Source: an uncultured Bacteroidia bacterium
GTDB taxonomy: Bacteria > Bacteroidota > Bacteroidia > Bacteroidales > GCA-2748055
DNA: 53,448 bases
Reading direction: 5' to 3'
Assembly: GCA_965364615.1 (NCBI GenBank)
Contig: CBDTYO010000001.1
Coordinates: forward strand, 1 to 53,448
Of the stretch, positions 9,668-19,582 are shown in pieces; the stretch's first letter is position 1, and every line of letters starts with the position of its first letter. A program made the position numbers and the translations under genes. The notes beneath the pieces were generated by a model. That model did not search any database. It worked only from the letters and a program-made list of their open reading frames with translations, and was not told the DNA's origin.

Positions 9668-10413
9668 TTGAAGTAAAGAACCTGTATAAGAGTTATGAGG
9701 GGGAGTTTGTGCTCAACGATGTGAGTGCCCGGTTTGAACAGGGGAAATGCAACCTGATCATTGGCCGGAGCGGTTCAGGCAAAACCGTTCTGCTGAAGTC
9801 CATTGCCGGACTCATCGAGGTGGACGAAGGAGAGATCTGGTATAACGACCAGGAATTCACTCGCCTCGACACCAGCGACAGACAAATGATCAGAAAAGAG
9901 ATGGGGGTCCTTTTCCAGGGGGCAGCCTTGTTCGATTCCCTGACGGTGGAGGAAAATGTGCTTTTTCCCCTGGATATGTTTACACATCAGTCCAAAAAAG
10001 AGAAACTTGACCGCGCCAATTTCTGCCTGCAACGGGTCAGGGTCACCGGGTCCAATACCCTCTTCCCGGCTGAATTAAGTGGGGGAATGAAAAAAAGGGT
10101 GGCCATCGCGCGGGCCATAGCACTGAACCCCAGGTACCTGCTTTGCGATGAGCCTAACTCCGGCCTGGATCCGGAAACAGGCATCGTCATCGACAACCTG
10201 ATCAGTGAGCTCACCGAGGAGTTCAACATGACCACCATAGTCAATTCCCACGACATGAATTCAGTCCTGGAAATTGGAGATAAGGTCATCTTCATCTACC
10301 AGGGATGCAAGTGCTGGGAAGGGACCCGGAAAGAGATACTCCAGACCGATAATGAGGCACTGAACAACTTCGTATTTGCCACCAACATGGCCAAGCAGAT
10401 AAAGAATCAGTAA
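9664..10413 (+). CDS. mlaF: MlaF-like ABC transporter ATP-binding protein
   Basis: 249 aa. Walker A GRSGSGKTV, signature LSGGMKKRVAIARAI, Walker B LLCDEPNSGLD. Its start overlaps the permease stop by 4 nt (ATGA). Confidence 0.8.
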   Translation: MIEVKNLYKSYEGEFVLNDVSARFEQGKCNLIIGRSGSGKTVLLKSIAGLIEVDEGEIWYNDQEFTRLDTSDRQMIRKEMGVLFQGAALFDSLTVEENVLFPLDMFTHQSKKEKLDRANFCLQRVRVTGSNTLFPAELSGGMKKRVAIARAIALNPRYLLCDEPNSGLDPETGIVIDNLISELTEEFNMTTIVNSHDMNSVLEIGDKVIFIYQGCKCWEGTRKEILQTDNEALNNFVFATNMAKQIKNQ

Positions 10414-11849
10414 ATCAGCGGACGGTCAAGTTTTTCCCTGTAGCCAAAAACCAGGTTCAATCCCAACCACAGGTTGGCCGTGCTGGCTTCCTGTGGCCAG
10501 AAGACAGCATTGAGTGCGTTATCGGAAATCACATACAGGTTGAATGGCCCGGCATTGAAGGAGACACCGGCCCCCAGGTTCTTGAAATAATTGTTGATAT
10601 AGGAATAGCTCAGGCTGAAATTCAGGAAACGTCCGGCCCTGAAATTGGCAGATGCCGTAAGCTGTTCCACAATGGCATCGCGCAGAAAATCCGTGCGGGA
10701 AAGTAACCCGAAATTGATGCTGGGTGTCACGTAGAAGGATGCACCCAGGTAGAGCTTGGTATTGAGCCGGCTGCTGTATGCCCCACCAGGCCCCGTGGTC
10801 AGTCCCCCTGATAAGGTGTCGGCCAGGGCATTCAGGACACTGTCTGCATAGGTGTCGATGGTACGGTCATCTATAAAATCAATGGGATCCACATCCACCG
10901 AGGTATAATCATATTCTATTTCATAGCTAGCCTGATGTACATTGTCCTTCCAGCGTATCATGCCCAGATCCAGGAGACTTGCACTGATTAACCAGCGATC
11001 GCCCGGTCTGTAATTGATGCCCAGATCGATGGCTGCTCCCAGGTTGTTTTGATTGAAGGCATAGCGCGCAATGGAAGAGGCGTTAAGGTTTTCCAGCTCC
11101 TCATCAATCAGGATGTCCTCCACCATGCCCTCGTCGTCATAGACCACTTCGGCAAAGGGGAGGGAAGCATTCACAAGCATGCTCGATCGCAGGTTCCAAA
11201 CCTCCTCGGAGGTAGTGACGGACAATTGTGATTTGGATGTCGTCAGGTTCCCTATTCCGAAAAGAAGCTTTCCGCGCACACCGATCTGGATATTCTGACC
11301 CAGTTCATAGGACCATCCCAGTGAAACCTCCTCAAAGCCTGAAAGGTCAGCTCCGATGCCATCCAGCTCATAGGTAACCCCCTCATTGGCGCCCTCAATG
11401 ACCAGCCGCGCCAGGTCACCGGGAATATATATGTTCCCCTCCAGTCTTGAGGTAATATCCAGGGAAAAATACCCTGCCCCGGTCCTGAATCCCAGGGAAA
11501 ACAGGGAGGTCCCCACATCAGAGATCACGTAATTCAAGGGCTTCAGCTTCTGAAGAAAATCCGCATTGTCGGCCAGTGGGTGGAGGAAGGTAATCAGGGA
11601 GTCTTCGGAAGGATGGGGGAAAATAACATCTCCAAATGAGATGGAACTGGTGGATAGTTCTGAGGTCAGTGGTGATGCTCCCGGCAGTCCCAAATAGAAA
11701 CCCCCTGCAGGCTGATGGGCCGGATTGATCCTGTTGGATTGTGGCACACCCTGCATGAAATACAGGGTATTTGTGACCTGGGCCTCCAGGTGCAGGCTCA
11801 GGCTAAGTATAACTCCCAATACGGGTATTATTCTCCATCGATCCCTCAT
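10407..11849 (-). CDS. hypothetical secreted protein, probable outer-membrane beta-barrel with PorP/SprF-like N-terminal motif
   Basis: 480 aa. Signal peptide ...SLSLHLEAQ. N-terminal LYFMQGVPQSNRINPA resembles the [YF]xQxMF...NPA motif of the two PorP/SprF proteins in this window. The sequence shows alternating-hydrophobic, Gly/Asn/Ser-rich beta-strand character throughout and ends in an aromatic residue (...RPLIY). Its start overlaps the upstream gene's stop (ATGA). Confidence 0.6.
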   Translation of the reverse strand: MRDRWRIIPVLGVILSLSLHLEAQVTNTLYFMQGVPQSNRINPAHQPAGGFYLGLPGASPLTSELSTSSISFGDVIFPHPSEDSLITFLHPLADNADFLQKLKPLNYVISDVGTSLFSLGFRTGAGYFSLDITSRLEGNIYIPGDLARLVIEGANEGVTYELDGIGADLSGFEEVSLGWSYELGQNIQIGVRGKLLFGIGNLTTSKSQLSVTTSEEVWNLRSSMLVNASLPFAEVVYDDEGMVEDILIDEELENLNASSIARYAFNQNNLGAAIDLGINYRPGDRWLISASLLDLGMIRWKDNVHQASYEIEYDYTSVDVDPIDFIDDRTIDTYADSVLNALADTLSGGLTTGPGGAYSSRLNTKLYLGASFYVTPSINFGLLSRTDFLRDAIVEQLTASANFRAGRFLNFSLSYSYINNYFKNLGAGVSFNAGPFNLYVISDNALNAVFWPQEASTANLWLGLNLVFGYREKLDRPLIY

Positions 11850-13495
11850 AGTTCCTGTGTATTAAGTCTTAAACTGGCATGCAAGGATATTTCAAAATCC
11901 AGCGAATAACCGGAATAGAATTTCACATACTCTTGCCCCTGACCGGAAGTGACCAGCCTGGCTACCACCAACATGTAACGTACCTGTTCCAGTTTTCCCA
12001 GTTTCTCAGTTGGGAAATCTGCCTCGTTGATCTGCTCACTGGCACTGATCAGTTCACCGTCAGCATCCACTTCTGAGGCAAGCAGAAATACCCCCTCCTG
12101 CTCAAACACCGAATCGAGTACCAGGTAAGCATCATCCAGCAGGAGCAATTGCAGATCCAGCTCCAGGGGCAATTCATTGACCGTGCTGACTTTCAATTGC
12201 ACCTCCTTAACCATGGAGGTATCTATCCCTTCCTCCCCCAGATCAAACTCAATGGTATCCTGCATGGCATAGGCCGTGTACCTGAGATCCATGGGAATAA
12301 GGAATTCAGCCTCCAGCATGAACCGGCTTGAATCGAGCAAAAAATGATTCTGGTCCGGGATATCCTGATCAATGCCACCGCTTATCCGGTAGGAAAGGCT
12401 GTGAGGCGCCAGATTCAGCAATTCGTGGAAATTTGAAGTCTGATTATTAATCTGGAACCATCCATCGGCCGTTTCACCCACCTGGGAAATGGAAGGGGCC
12501 GGAATTTTAAACGGGTGCCCTTCATAGAACTCCAGGGTCAGCGTGCTCATGTCATCTGCAGTAGCGATCACACTGTCCAGCGTGAGCTCAAACGGGATTC
12601 CCAAAGAACTTTCGGTATGCAGGTCGATCCTGGGATCGGCCAGTTTCAGGTGTGATAGGGCAGGATAATCAGCATAAATGGGGATCTCCTCTGAGCCCCT
12701 TTCGGTAACCCATTCTGAAGGATCCAGGTATCCAAAAAGGCCATAAAATCCCAGATCGGTCATGCTGGTATTGATGGCACAGCTTTCTGCGGGGCCCACT
12801 GGATTGCCGCTGTTGATCAGCGCCAGGTCATAGTCCACACGGAAAACGCTGGAATCGCCCTGCTTGATGGTTTCCAGGAAATAACCTTCCAGGCTATGAT
12901 TGATCGAGCCCGTAAAGTCTCCTGCTGCACTGGTAATGATAATGGAATTTGCATAGGTATTCCCTCCCGGATCGCGGATAAAATCACTGCTCACGGTCAT
13001 CACCCCGCGGTGCCGGAACCCACTGACTACCTCAATCTGCATGTCGCCTCCTTTGAAAACGACGCTGTCGAGCCGGCTTTCACCTTCGGTTTGAACGCTG
13101 TAGTAGGTGCTTTTCTGAAAATGTACTGTATCTCCAATGCCGCTGGCCAGAAACAGGGGATCCGTACCTATTTCAGGAGAAAAATAGGTCTCGTCGTAAT
13201 AGTTATCGATGACCAGGTCCAGGGTATCCACACTGAGATTCAGCAGGGTATCTGAGAAGGCCAGATAGATCAGGCCATCTGCAAACTCTCCCAGATAACT
13301 GGCAGTATCAAACAATTCCACAATATCCCCCATGGACACGGATCCCTGGATCAAAGGAGCCACCAAATGTGGCCGGATCTCCATTTCGTCCGATAATTTA
13401 TCCAACTGGAAATACTCTTTGTGACAGGAGTTGATCACGAAAGACATTAACAGTAGTCCCAGAAAGCCATAATTCAGTCTTCTTCTCCTCATCAT
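11846..13495 (-). CDS. hypothetical lipoprotein
   Basis: 549 aa. Lipoprotein-type signal MMRRRRLNYGFLGLLLMSFVINSC. I recognise no family. Translationally coupled on both sides (TAATG at 13495, ATGA at 11846-11849). Confidence 0.6.
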   Translation of the reverse strand: MMRRRRLNYGFLGLLLMSFVINSCHKEYFQLDKLSDEMEIRPHLVAPLIQGSVSMGDIVELFDTASYLGEFADGLIYLAFSDTLLNLSVDTLDLVIDNYYDETYFSPEIGTDPLFLASGIGDTVHFQKSTYYSVQTEGESRLDSVVFKGGDMQIEVVSGFRHRGVMTVSSDFIRDPGGNTYANSIIITSAAGDFTGSINHSLEGYFLETIKQGDSSVFRVDYDLALINSGNPVGPAESCAINTSMTDLGFYGLFGYLDPSEWVTERGSEEIPIYADYPALSHLKLADPRIDLHTESSLGIPFELTLDSVIATADDMSTLTLEFYEGHPFKIPAPSISQVGETADGWFQINNQTSNFHELLNLAPHSLSYRISGGIDQDIPDQNHFLLDSSRFMLEAEFLIPMDLRYTAYAMQDTIEFDLGEEGIDTSMVKEVQLKVSTVNELPLELDLQLLLLDDAYLVLDSVFEQEGVFLLASEVDADGELISASEQINEADFPTEKLGKLEQVRYMLVVARLVTSGQGQEYVKFYSGYSLDFEISLHASLRLNTQEL

Positions 13496-16254
13496 TATTG
13501 GATTGAATAGTTATAGAGGAAATTGTTCTCACTTCCCACAATCAGGTTAAACCGGCTGTCGGAGCCCGCAAAATAGCCAATGCTGAATCTTGTGGTCCCT
13601 TCCAATGGAAACCCTTCATAGAGTGATCCATCGGAATTGAGCAGGTATATAAGGTTCCTCGATCGGTCGGTGATCCCGATCTTCACATCTGAAGCAGAGA
13701 ATTTATAAATATCAGGCATTTCGCTGATTTTCCCACGTACCTTGTAATCAAATATACGTTCTCCATCCTGTTTCGTTACCGTTAATACATTATCCTCGGC
13801 CATGATGAATTCTGGAATGCCATCCCTGTCCAGGTCTTCCAGGCGAAAAAAATGGCCTGAAGACGCACTTCCGGGCCTCAGGGTCGATACCGAGCCATCC
13901 AGATAGATGGCGATGATATTTCCAGCAGTATCCGTGGATATCCACCTGGGCTTTGCCTCCCTGATGTTCATATCCAGGTTGACGGGATTCTGGGGCGACA
14001 ACTGCACCCTCTGCCCCAGGCGGATCCTTTCTCTTCCCCTGCGATCGAGGAAATAGCCTCGGTTCTGGTCCCTTGCCACAATATAGTCCCTGCCCTGCAC
14101 CCTGAAGTGCTGAATTTCTCCGGATACCATGGATTCCGTTTTCCCGAATCTCCATCCGGTAATCAAGTTCCCGGCAATATCATACACATATATTCTCCGG
14201 TCCCTGGTGGCCACAAAGAGGCGATAGTCCCGGTTCTTGTCATAGTCAAAGAGCGCAAGCGGACTGGTGGCCGGGGATCGGAGGGCAATGGGGTATCTTT
14301 CCACATAATTGCCGTTCCTGTCGATCAAATGGATCTTTTCGGAGGTGTTAAAAAGGTATTGCAATTTTCCATTTTTATAGAAATCCACCTGTTGAACGCT
14401 GCCCATGATGGGTCCTTCCAATGGTTGTTTCCATAAAATGCGTCCCCTGCCGTTGATCAGGTACACCTTGCCCGAAGCATCCTGCACAAAGATCTCCTTT
14501 TCGGAGGTGTTGTGGTTGATCACAATGGCTGGTTTGGTGATGACCGTGGTGTCGATCAGGCTTTCCCACACTGTGAGCGCCTTGTCCCTGACCTGGGAAG
14601 TATATTTAAAACTCACACTCTGGTAAAAAAGGTCCCCTTCGGTGCTGTACTGAATCACCACTCCGGGTATCCGGCGAAGGAAAAACTCCATGTTGTCCAG
14701 CTTTCCCTCCATGGAGCCTCCCAATAAATCCTGTTTGTAATCCAGAAAGGCATAAGGTCTGAAAAACAGGGTCAGGTTGCTTCGGTTGGACAAATAATCA
14801 GAAATCTCTTCATATACAGGATCACTCACGAAGGTCTTATGCAGCACATTCTGATATATAACCCTGGAGAGGGCCTCCACCGAAGGACCAAATATCAGGT
14901 GGTTTTCATATACCGTAAAATAGCTGTTGAACAGGGAGCCTGGCAGGCTTTCCTTGAAGAAGGGATCGGGAAGGGAATAAATATTGAAGCTCGATTGATT
15001 ATCCAATTGATATACCTGTCTCAGGGAACGCATATCAAATGCGTGCAGTTGCAGATACTGTTCCACCCAATTCATCACCACCTCCACGGTTTCGCTTCGG
15101 CTCCTGGTCTCAAAAATGATCAATTCCTCTTCTTTGGAGCGGGTTTCTCCCTCGATGGAAAACCATGCCATTTCATCGTCCACGATCCGGGATAGATCTT
15201 CCACGGGATTGAATCCGTACAACTGTTCAAGCCTTTGTACCTCACTTTCATATTCCTGCCCCAGTCCAAGTCCCTGCATGTAGCTCAGGATCTGGTCCTT
15301 GAATTGGGTCCTGTCCCCGATCCCCAGGTGCAGAAAATGCGCAGTACCGGAAGGCAATACTTTGTGTAATTCCATTTTAACCGGTGTCTGACCTGCAAAG
15401 GCCCCCAGGAGCAGTGGAGCATCAGGATCGGCATGGGTCATGCCATTGAGAACGACGGCATCCTTCTTAATATCCAGGTCCAGTTCTCCCCACGAGGCTA
15501 GATTTGCCAGGCCCTCCAGTCGGTGCCGGGCTGCCTCCTTGATAAAGGGATAAAAAAGTTCCGGTAGCTTTTTGTAATGGATATAGAAGTTGGCATGAAC
15601 GTACTTTCCTGCTGTCTCCCGTACCTTTTGAAGTCCGCTTTGCTCCATGGAGCCCGATCCTGAGTGAATGGTTCTAACGGCTTCCTCCACCAGCATGGAA
15701 GAGGGACTAATCAGGCATAATCCTTCCGTACAGGCAAAGGTGAATTTTCCCGGTATCATGCCGGGTCCCCCTGAAACATCATAGAGTGTCTCTGTTTCGT
15801 ACTTTCGCTCATGCACCATGGCCTCTTCTTCCAGCAGGCCCAATATCATCTGTTCGAACTCGTGGTCGCCATGAACTTCCGAATAGAGCAGGTAGAGCAG
15901 GGGGGTAAGCTGTTCCTTGCCCAGCTTATGAAGGGAGAGATTCAATCCCTCCTTAAATAAGAAGTCCTCCAGGGTCCCGGAACTCTGGATCTGACCGAAT
16001 GCCAGATCGATCAGGGAATCGAGATCCTCCCTGCCGGCCATATTCAGAAAATCGGTCCACATCCGGCTCTCGTTCAGAAAGGATTCGGTCAGGTACTTAT
16101 AATCAATGTTTTCTGCAAAAAGAATGGCATCCCCCGGAATGGCCTGCCGGACTTCCAAAGGGACCGTCCTGTCAAAGCGTTTGATCAGAAACACCGTCAC
16201 CAGTCCCAGACACACCACCGCAAAGATTCCAGCATAGAGAAAGCGTTTCAACAT
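13495..16254 (-). CDS. hypothetical membrane-anchored protein with C-terminal beta-propeller-like repeats
   Basis: 919 aa. It has an N-terminal hydrophobic anchor (YAGIFAVVCLGLVTVFLI). The C-terminal ~330 aa contain repeated Gly/Asp/Arg/Tyr-rich blade-like segments (YLINGRGRILW, HLIDRNGNYV, IYVYDIAGNLITGW, YFLDRRGRERI, IYLLNSDGSLYEGF). There is one FG-GAP-like motif, LEDLDRDGIPEF. Confidence 0.6.
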   Translation of the reverse strand: MLKRFLYAGIFAVVCLGLVTVFLIKRFDRTVPLEVRQAIPGDAILFAENIDYKYLTESFLNESRMWTDFLNMAGREDLDSLIDLAFGQIQSSGTLEDFLFKEGLNLSLHKLGKEQLTPLLYLLYSEVHGDHEFEQMILGLLEEEAMVHERKYETETLYDVSGGPGMIPGKFTFACTEGLCLISPSSMLVEEAVRTIHSGSGSMEQSGLQKVRETAGKYVHANFYIHYKKLPELFYPFIKEAARHRLEGLANLASWGELDLDIKKDAVVLNGMTHADPDAPLLLGAFAGQTPVKMELHKVLPSGTAHFLHLGIGDRTQFKDQILSYMQGLGLGQEYESEVQRLEQLYGFNPVEDLSRIVDDEMAWFSIEGETRSKEEELIIFETRSRSETVEVVMNWVEQYLQLHAFDMRSLRQVYQLDNQSSFNIYSLPDPFFKESLPGSLFNSYFTVYENHLIFGPSVEALSRVIYQNVLHKTFVSDPVYEEISDYLSNRSNLTLFFRPYAFLDYKQDLLGGSMEGKLDNMEFFLRRIPGVVIQYSTEGDLFYQSVSFKYTSQVRDKALTVWESLIDTTVITKPAIVINHNTSEKEIFVQDASGKVYLINGRGRILWKQPLEGPIMGSVQQVDFYKNGKLQYLFNTSEKIHLIDRNGNYVERYPIALRSPATSPLALFDYDKNRDYRLFVATRDRRIYVYDIAGNLITGWRFGKTESMVSGEIQHFRVQGRDYIVARDQNRGYFLDRRGRERIRLGQRVQLSPQNPVNLDMNIREAKPRWISTDTAGNIIAIYLDGSVSTLRPGSASSGHFFRLEDLDRDGIPEFIMAEDNVLTVTKQDGERIFDYKVRGKISEMPDIYKFSASDVKIGITDRSRNLIYLLNSDGSLYEGFPLEGTTRFSIGYFAGSDSRFNLIVGSENNFLYNYSIQ

Positions 16255-16366
16255 TCCTGACCTGTTTGATCCAAAAATATGAATTTCGCCCCTTGCATCA
16301 CCGGAAAATTACCAACACAACAGCTTGGTACAGTTTTTGATTTATAATTGCGTATTTTTCAGGTCC

Positions 16367-18757
16367 ATGCAAATTCGTATACTGCTCATAATTAGTGTAT
16401 TGTATTTCCCTTGCAGGGTGAGTGCGCAAAAAATTACGGTGATCAGCTCCTCCGACCGGGCTCCCATTGAGCATGTGGCAGTATTTAATTCGACCAAAGC
16501 ACGGGCCGCCATCACCGATACACTGGGGGTGATTGACCTGTCCATATTTGCGGATGAGGATAGCATTATTTTTCAGCACCCCTCCTACCTGACCAGGATC
16601 TTCATCAAAAGCGACATCGCCGGACAAACCCGGGTGTCCATGGACAGGAAAAGGATCCTGATTGATGAATATGTCATTTCGGCTTCCAAATCGCGAGAGA
16701 GTACCCTGATCATCCCCTACATGGTGGACGTGCTGAAAGAAGATGCACTGATGGAAAGCACCGGGCTCACCTCAGCCGAAATCCTTGAAAGTACAGGAAA
16801 CATAGCCATCCAGAAATCTCAGGGAGGAGGCGGCAGCCCCATACTCCGGGGATTCGAAGCCAACAAGATCCTGCTTGTGGTGGATGGGGTCAGATTAAAC
16901 AATGCCATCTACCGGAACGGACATCTCCAGAATGCCATCACCATCGATCACTCCATTCTTGAGCGCACCGAAGTCATTTTTGGACCCACCTCCATCATGT
17001 ACGGAAGCGATGGCCTGGGCGGAGTGATCCATTATTACACCAGGGATCCGCTACTGGGGACAGACAGCACATCCCACTTTTTTGCCAATGCCCAGATCCA
17101 ATACAGTTCGGCCCAGCAAGGAAAAAAGGGACACCTGGATTTTTCTGCCGGAAGAAAAAAATGGGCCTCCCTGACCAGCATCACCTATAAAGACCTGGGC
17201 AATACCCGGATTGGAAACAGAAGGAATCCCACCCTGGGGGATTGGGGACAGATCATGGATTATGTGGACCAGGTGAATGGAGTGGATTCCACCCTGGCCA
17301 ATCCCAATCCACTGGTCCAGCTGAATACGGCCTACAGTCAACTCGACCTGCTTCAGAAAATCAGATATGCTCCCTCTCCATATGTGGATTGGATGCTGAA
17401 CATGCAGTATTCCACCTCTTCGGACATCGACCGGCTGGACAAATTGAACGACTACCAGGGCGAAAACCTGAAATATGCACAGTATTATTACGGACCGCAA
17501 AACAGGCTTTTGGTTTCCCTGAAAAATGTCCTGAAAAAGCACAATGCCCTCTTTACCAATATGACCACCCTGGCCTCCTACCAGTTGATTGATGAGGACC
17601 GCTATTCCCGCAAATTCAGGAACGATGAATTGCTTACCCAGCAAGAGGATGTCCGGGTACTCAGCCTGAACCTGGACCTCCTGAAGGTGTGGAGTGCCCG
17701 GCACAAACTGCACTATGGGGCCGAGGTCACCCATAACCTGGTGAATTCAGAAGCCTGGTATGAGAACATCCGCTCCGGGGAACAAATCCCGGCACAAACC
17801 CGGTACCCGGAAGGTGGCAGCCAAACATGGAATGCCTCAGCCTATGCCAGCTACAAATGGATTCCCCATAGCAAAATGGTGCTGAACCTGGGCACCAGAT
17901 ACAACTGGGGGGTCCTGAGCTCATCCTTTGACAACCCGCTGCTTCCCTACGACAGGATTGATATTAAAAACGGGGCCCTGACTGCCAGTGCGGGGTTGGT
18001 GTACACCCCTTCGGACCGCTGGCAGTTGAATACCATCCTCTCCTCCGGATTCAGAAATCCCAATGTGGATGACTATGGAAAAGTGAGGGCCAAGGATGGT
18101 AATGTGACCGTTCCCAACCCCGATCTTTCTCCTGAATATACCTACAACGCCGAGCTGGGAATCATCAGGTTCGTGGAGGGATATATGAAGATACAGCTGG
18201 TGGGATTTTATACATTCATGAACGATGCCATTGTCAGAACTGCTTACCGGCTCAACGGGCAGGATTCCCTGGAATACGATGGCGACCTCTATCGGGTAAC
18301 CACCAATTATAATGCAGGTCAGGCTCATATCTACGGCGTTTCCATGGGCCTCACTGCCAACCCGAACAAGAATTTTTTACTGAAGAGCACATTAAATTAT
18401 ACCAGGGGATATAACCTGAGTGATGGGGTTCCCCTGGGGCACATCCCTCCCATCTTCGGCCGGACCTCCCTGACATACCGGAAAAGCACATTTTTCATTG
18501 AAACCTATATTGTTTACCAGGGGTGGAAATATGATGATGATTTCTCTCCCTATGGGGAAGACAACGAAGCAGAAGCGATGATGTTCGGATTTCCCTCCTG
18601 GTGGACAGCCAATATCAAGGCAGGGTTTCAGGCAGGAGCACACCTGAACTTCGTGCTTGCCATTGAAAATGTGTTTGACCAGTTTTATAAACCATATGCC
18701 TCGGGGGTAAGCGGGCCGGGGCGAAACTTCATCCTTTCCGCCAGGTTTACATTATAA
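16367..18757 (+). CDS. TonB-dependent receptor (with N-terminal carboxypeptidase-regulatory-like domain)
   Basis: I chose the start at [21 protein letters not shown], Met 15 of the 16325 ORF. Plug-domain motif [27 protein letters not shown], followed by a long beta-barrel region. No SusD-like partner lies adjacent. Confidence 0.85.
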   Translation: MQIRILLIISVLYFPCRVSAQKITVISSSDRAPIEHVAVFNSTKARAAITDTLGVIDLSIFADEDSIIFQHPSYLTRIFIKSDIAGQTRVSMDRKRILIDEYVISASKSRESTLIIPYMVDVLKEDALMESTGLTSAEILESTGNIAIQKSQGGGGSPILRGFEANKILLVVDGVRLNNAIYRNGHLQNAITIDHSILERTEVIFGPTSIMYGSDGLGGVIHYYTRDPLLGTDSTSHFFANAQIQYSSAQQGKKGHLDFSAGRKKWASLTSITYKDLGNTRIGNRRNPTLGDWGQIMDYVDQVNGVDSTLANPNPLVQLNTAYSQLDLLQKIRYAPSPYVDWMLNMQYSTSSDIDRLDKLNDYQGENLKYAQYYYGPQNRLLVSLKNVLKKHNALFTNMTTLASYQLIDEDRYSRKFRNDELLTQQEDVRVLSLNLDLLKVWSARHKLHYGAEVTHNLVNSEAWYENIRSGEQIPAQTRYPEGGSQTWNASAYASYKWIPHSKMVLNLGTRYNWGVLSSSFDNPLLPYDRIDIKNGALTASAGLVYTPSDRWQLNTILSSGFRNPNVDDYGKVRAKDGNVTVPNPDLSPEYTYNAELGIIRFVEGYMKIQLVGFYTFMNDAIVRTAYRLNGQDSLEYDGDLYRVTTNYNAGQAHIYGVSMGLTANPNKNFLLKSTLNYTRGYNLSDGVPLGHIPPIFGRTSLTYRKSTFFIETYIVYQGWKYDDDFSPYGEDNEAEAMMFGFPSWWTANIKAGFQAGAHLNFVLAIENVFDQFYKPYASGVSGPGRNFILSARFTL

Positions 18758-18798
18758 AGCATTGCCCGGCTGCCACAGTTTTGCTAACTTTCCATGCT

Positions 18799-19476
18799 AT
18801 GCAGGCAATCAATCCCATCATTGAGGAGGGATGGAAAGAAGTATTGATGGAAGAGTTCCGTTCTCCTTATTTCAGTGATTTGAAGCAGTTTCTCCTGGAG
18901 GAAAAAAGGGTATACACCATCTATCCTCCCGGGAACCTCATATTCAACGCATTTAAGCACACTCCCTTCGATCGGGTCAAGGTGGTGATACTGGGCCAGG
19001 ATCCCTATCACGGCAAGGGCCAGGCCCATGGTTTGTGCTTTTCCGTACCCCAGGGGATTCCCCAGCCACCTTCTCTGGTGAATATCTTCAAGGAGCTGCA
19101 CTCAGACCTGGGGATCCCTGTCCCTGCCCACGGAAACCTGGAGCCGTGGGCCGACCAGGGGGTGCTGCTTATCAATGCCACCCTGACCGTGCGTAACGGC
19201 CAGGCAGGTTCACACCAGAACAGGGGTTGGGAAACGTTCACGAACCGGGTCATTGAAAGGGTGTCGGAGTTAAAAAGCGGGGTGGTCTTCCTGCTCTGGG
19301 GTCGGTATGCCCAGGCCAAGCAAAGCCTGATTGATGGCAGTAAGCACCTGGTGCTGAAAGCAGCGCATCCCTCCCCCCTGTCGGCCTACAATGGATTTTT
19401 TGGCTGCCGCCATTTTTCCCGCACCAATGCCTACCTCAAAGAACAGGGAAAAGAGGAGATAGATTGGAGACTGTGA
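18799..19476 (+). CDS. ung: uracil-DNA glycosylase
   Basis: Motifs [31 protein letters not shown] and [10 protein letters not shown] chose the ATG at 18799; the track ORF begins at an upstream TTG at 18781. Confidence 0.92.
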   Translation: MQAINPIIEEGWKEVLMEEFRSPYFSDLKQFLLEEKRVYTIYPPGNLIFNAFKHTPFDRVKVVILGQDPYHGKGQAHGLCFSVPQGIPQPPSLVNIFKELHSDLGIPVPAHGNLEPWADQGVLLINATLTVRNGQAGSHQNRGWETFTNRVIERVSELKSGVVFLLWGRYAQAKQSLIDGSKHLVLKAAHPSPLSAYNGFFGCRHFSRTNAYLKEQGKEEIDWRL

Positions 19477-19482
19477 TGCTTT

Positions 19483-19498
19483 TGGCACGCATTTTGCA
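19483..19498 (+). promoter_or_regulatory. sigma-54 (RpoN) -24/-12 promoter consensus
   Basis: TGGCACG-CATT-TTGCA, i.e. TGGCAC-N5-TTGC with GG at 19484-85 and GC at 19496-97. This is a perfect match to the universal sigma-54 consensus and is intergenic, 7 nt after the ung stop. Confidence 0.5.
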
Positions 19499-19508
19499 AT
19501 TAATAGCA

Positions 19509-19582
19509 TGACAGTTCATCCATCATATTCCCCAGAGCACTCGGGGCCAGGTCCGTCTCTTCCAGGCGGACTTTTATTTTTT
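19509..19582 (+). ncRNA. candidate small RNA (sigma-54 promoter to terminator), hypothetical
   Basis: The predicted transcription start lies about 12 nt downstream of the -12 GC. The unit contains a bulged hairpin CCCCAGAG..CTCGGGG (19530-19546) and ends in the terminator hairpin at 19551-19582. There is no experimental or homology support. Confidence 0.25.
19551..19582 (+). terminator. rho-independent terminator (ung and/or candidate sRNA)
   Basis: gtccgtc / ggcggac forms a 7-bp stem (one G-U pair) with a 7-nt loop, followed by ttttatttttt. Confidence 0.65.

Noticed and set aside
16330-16350. A weak sigma-54-like sequence, TGGTAC-agttt-TTGAT, upstream of the TonB-dependent receptor
   Set aside because: The critical -12 GC is GA and the -24 element is imperfect, so it is not distinguishable from chance.
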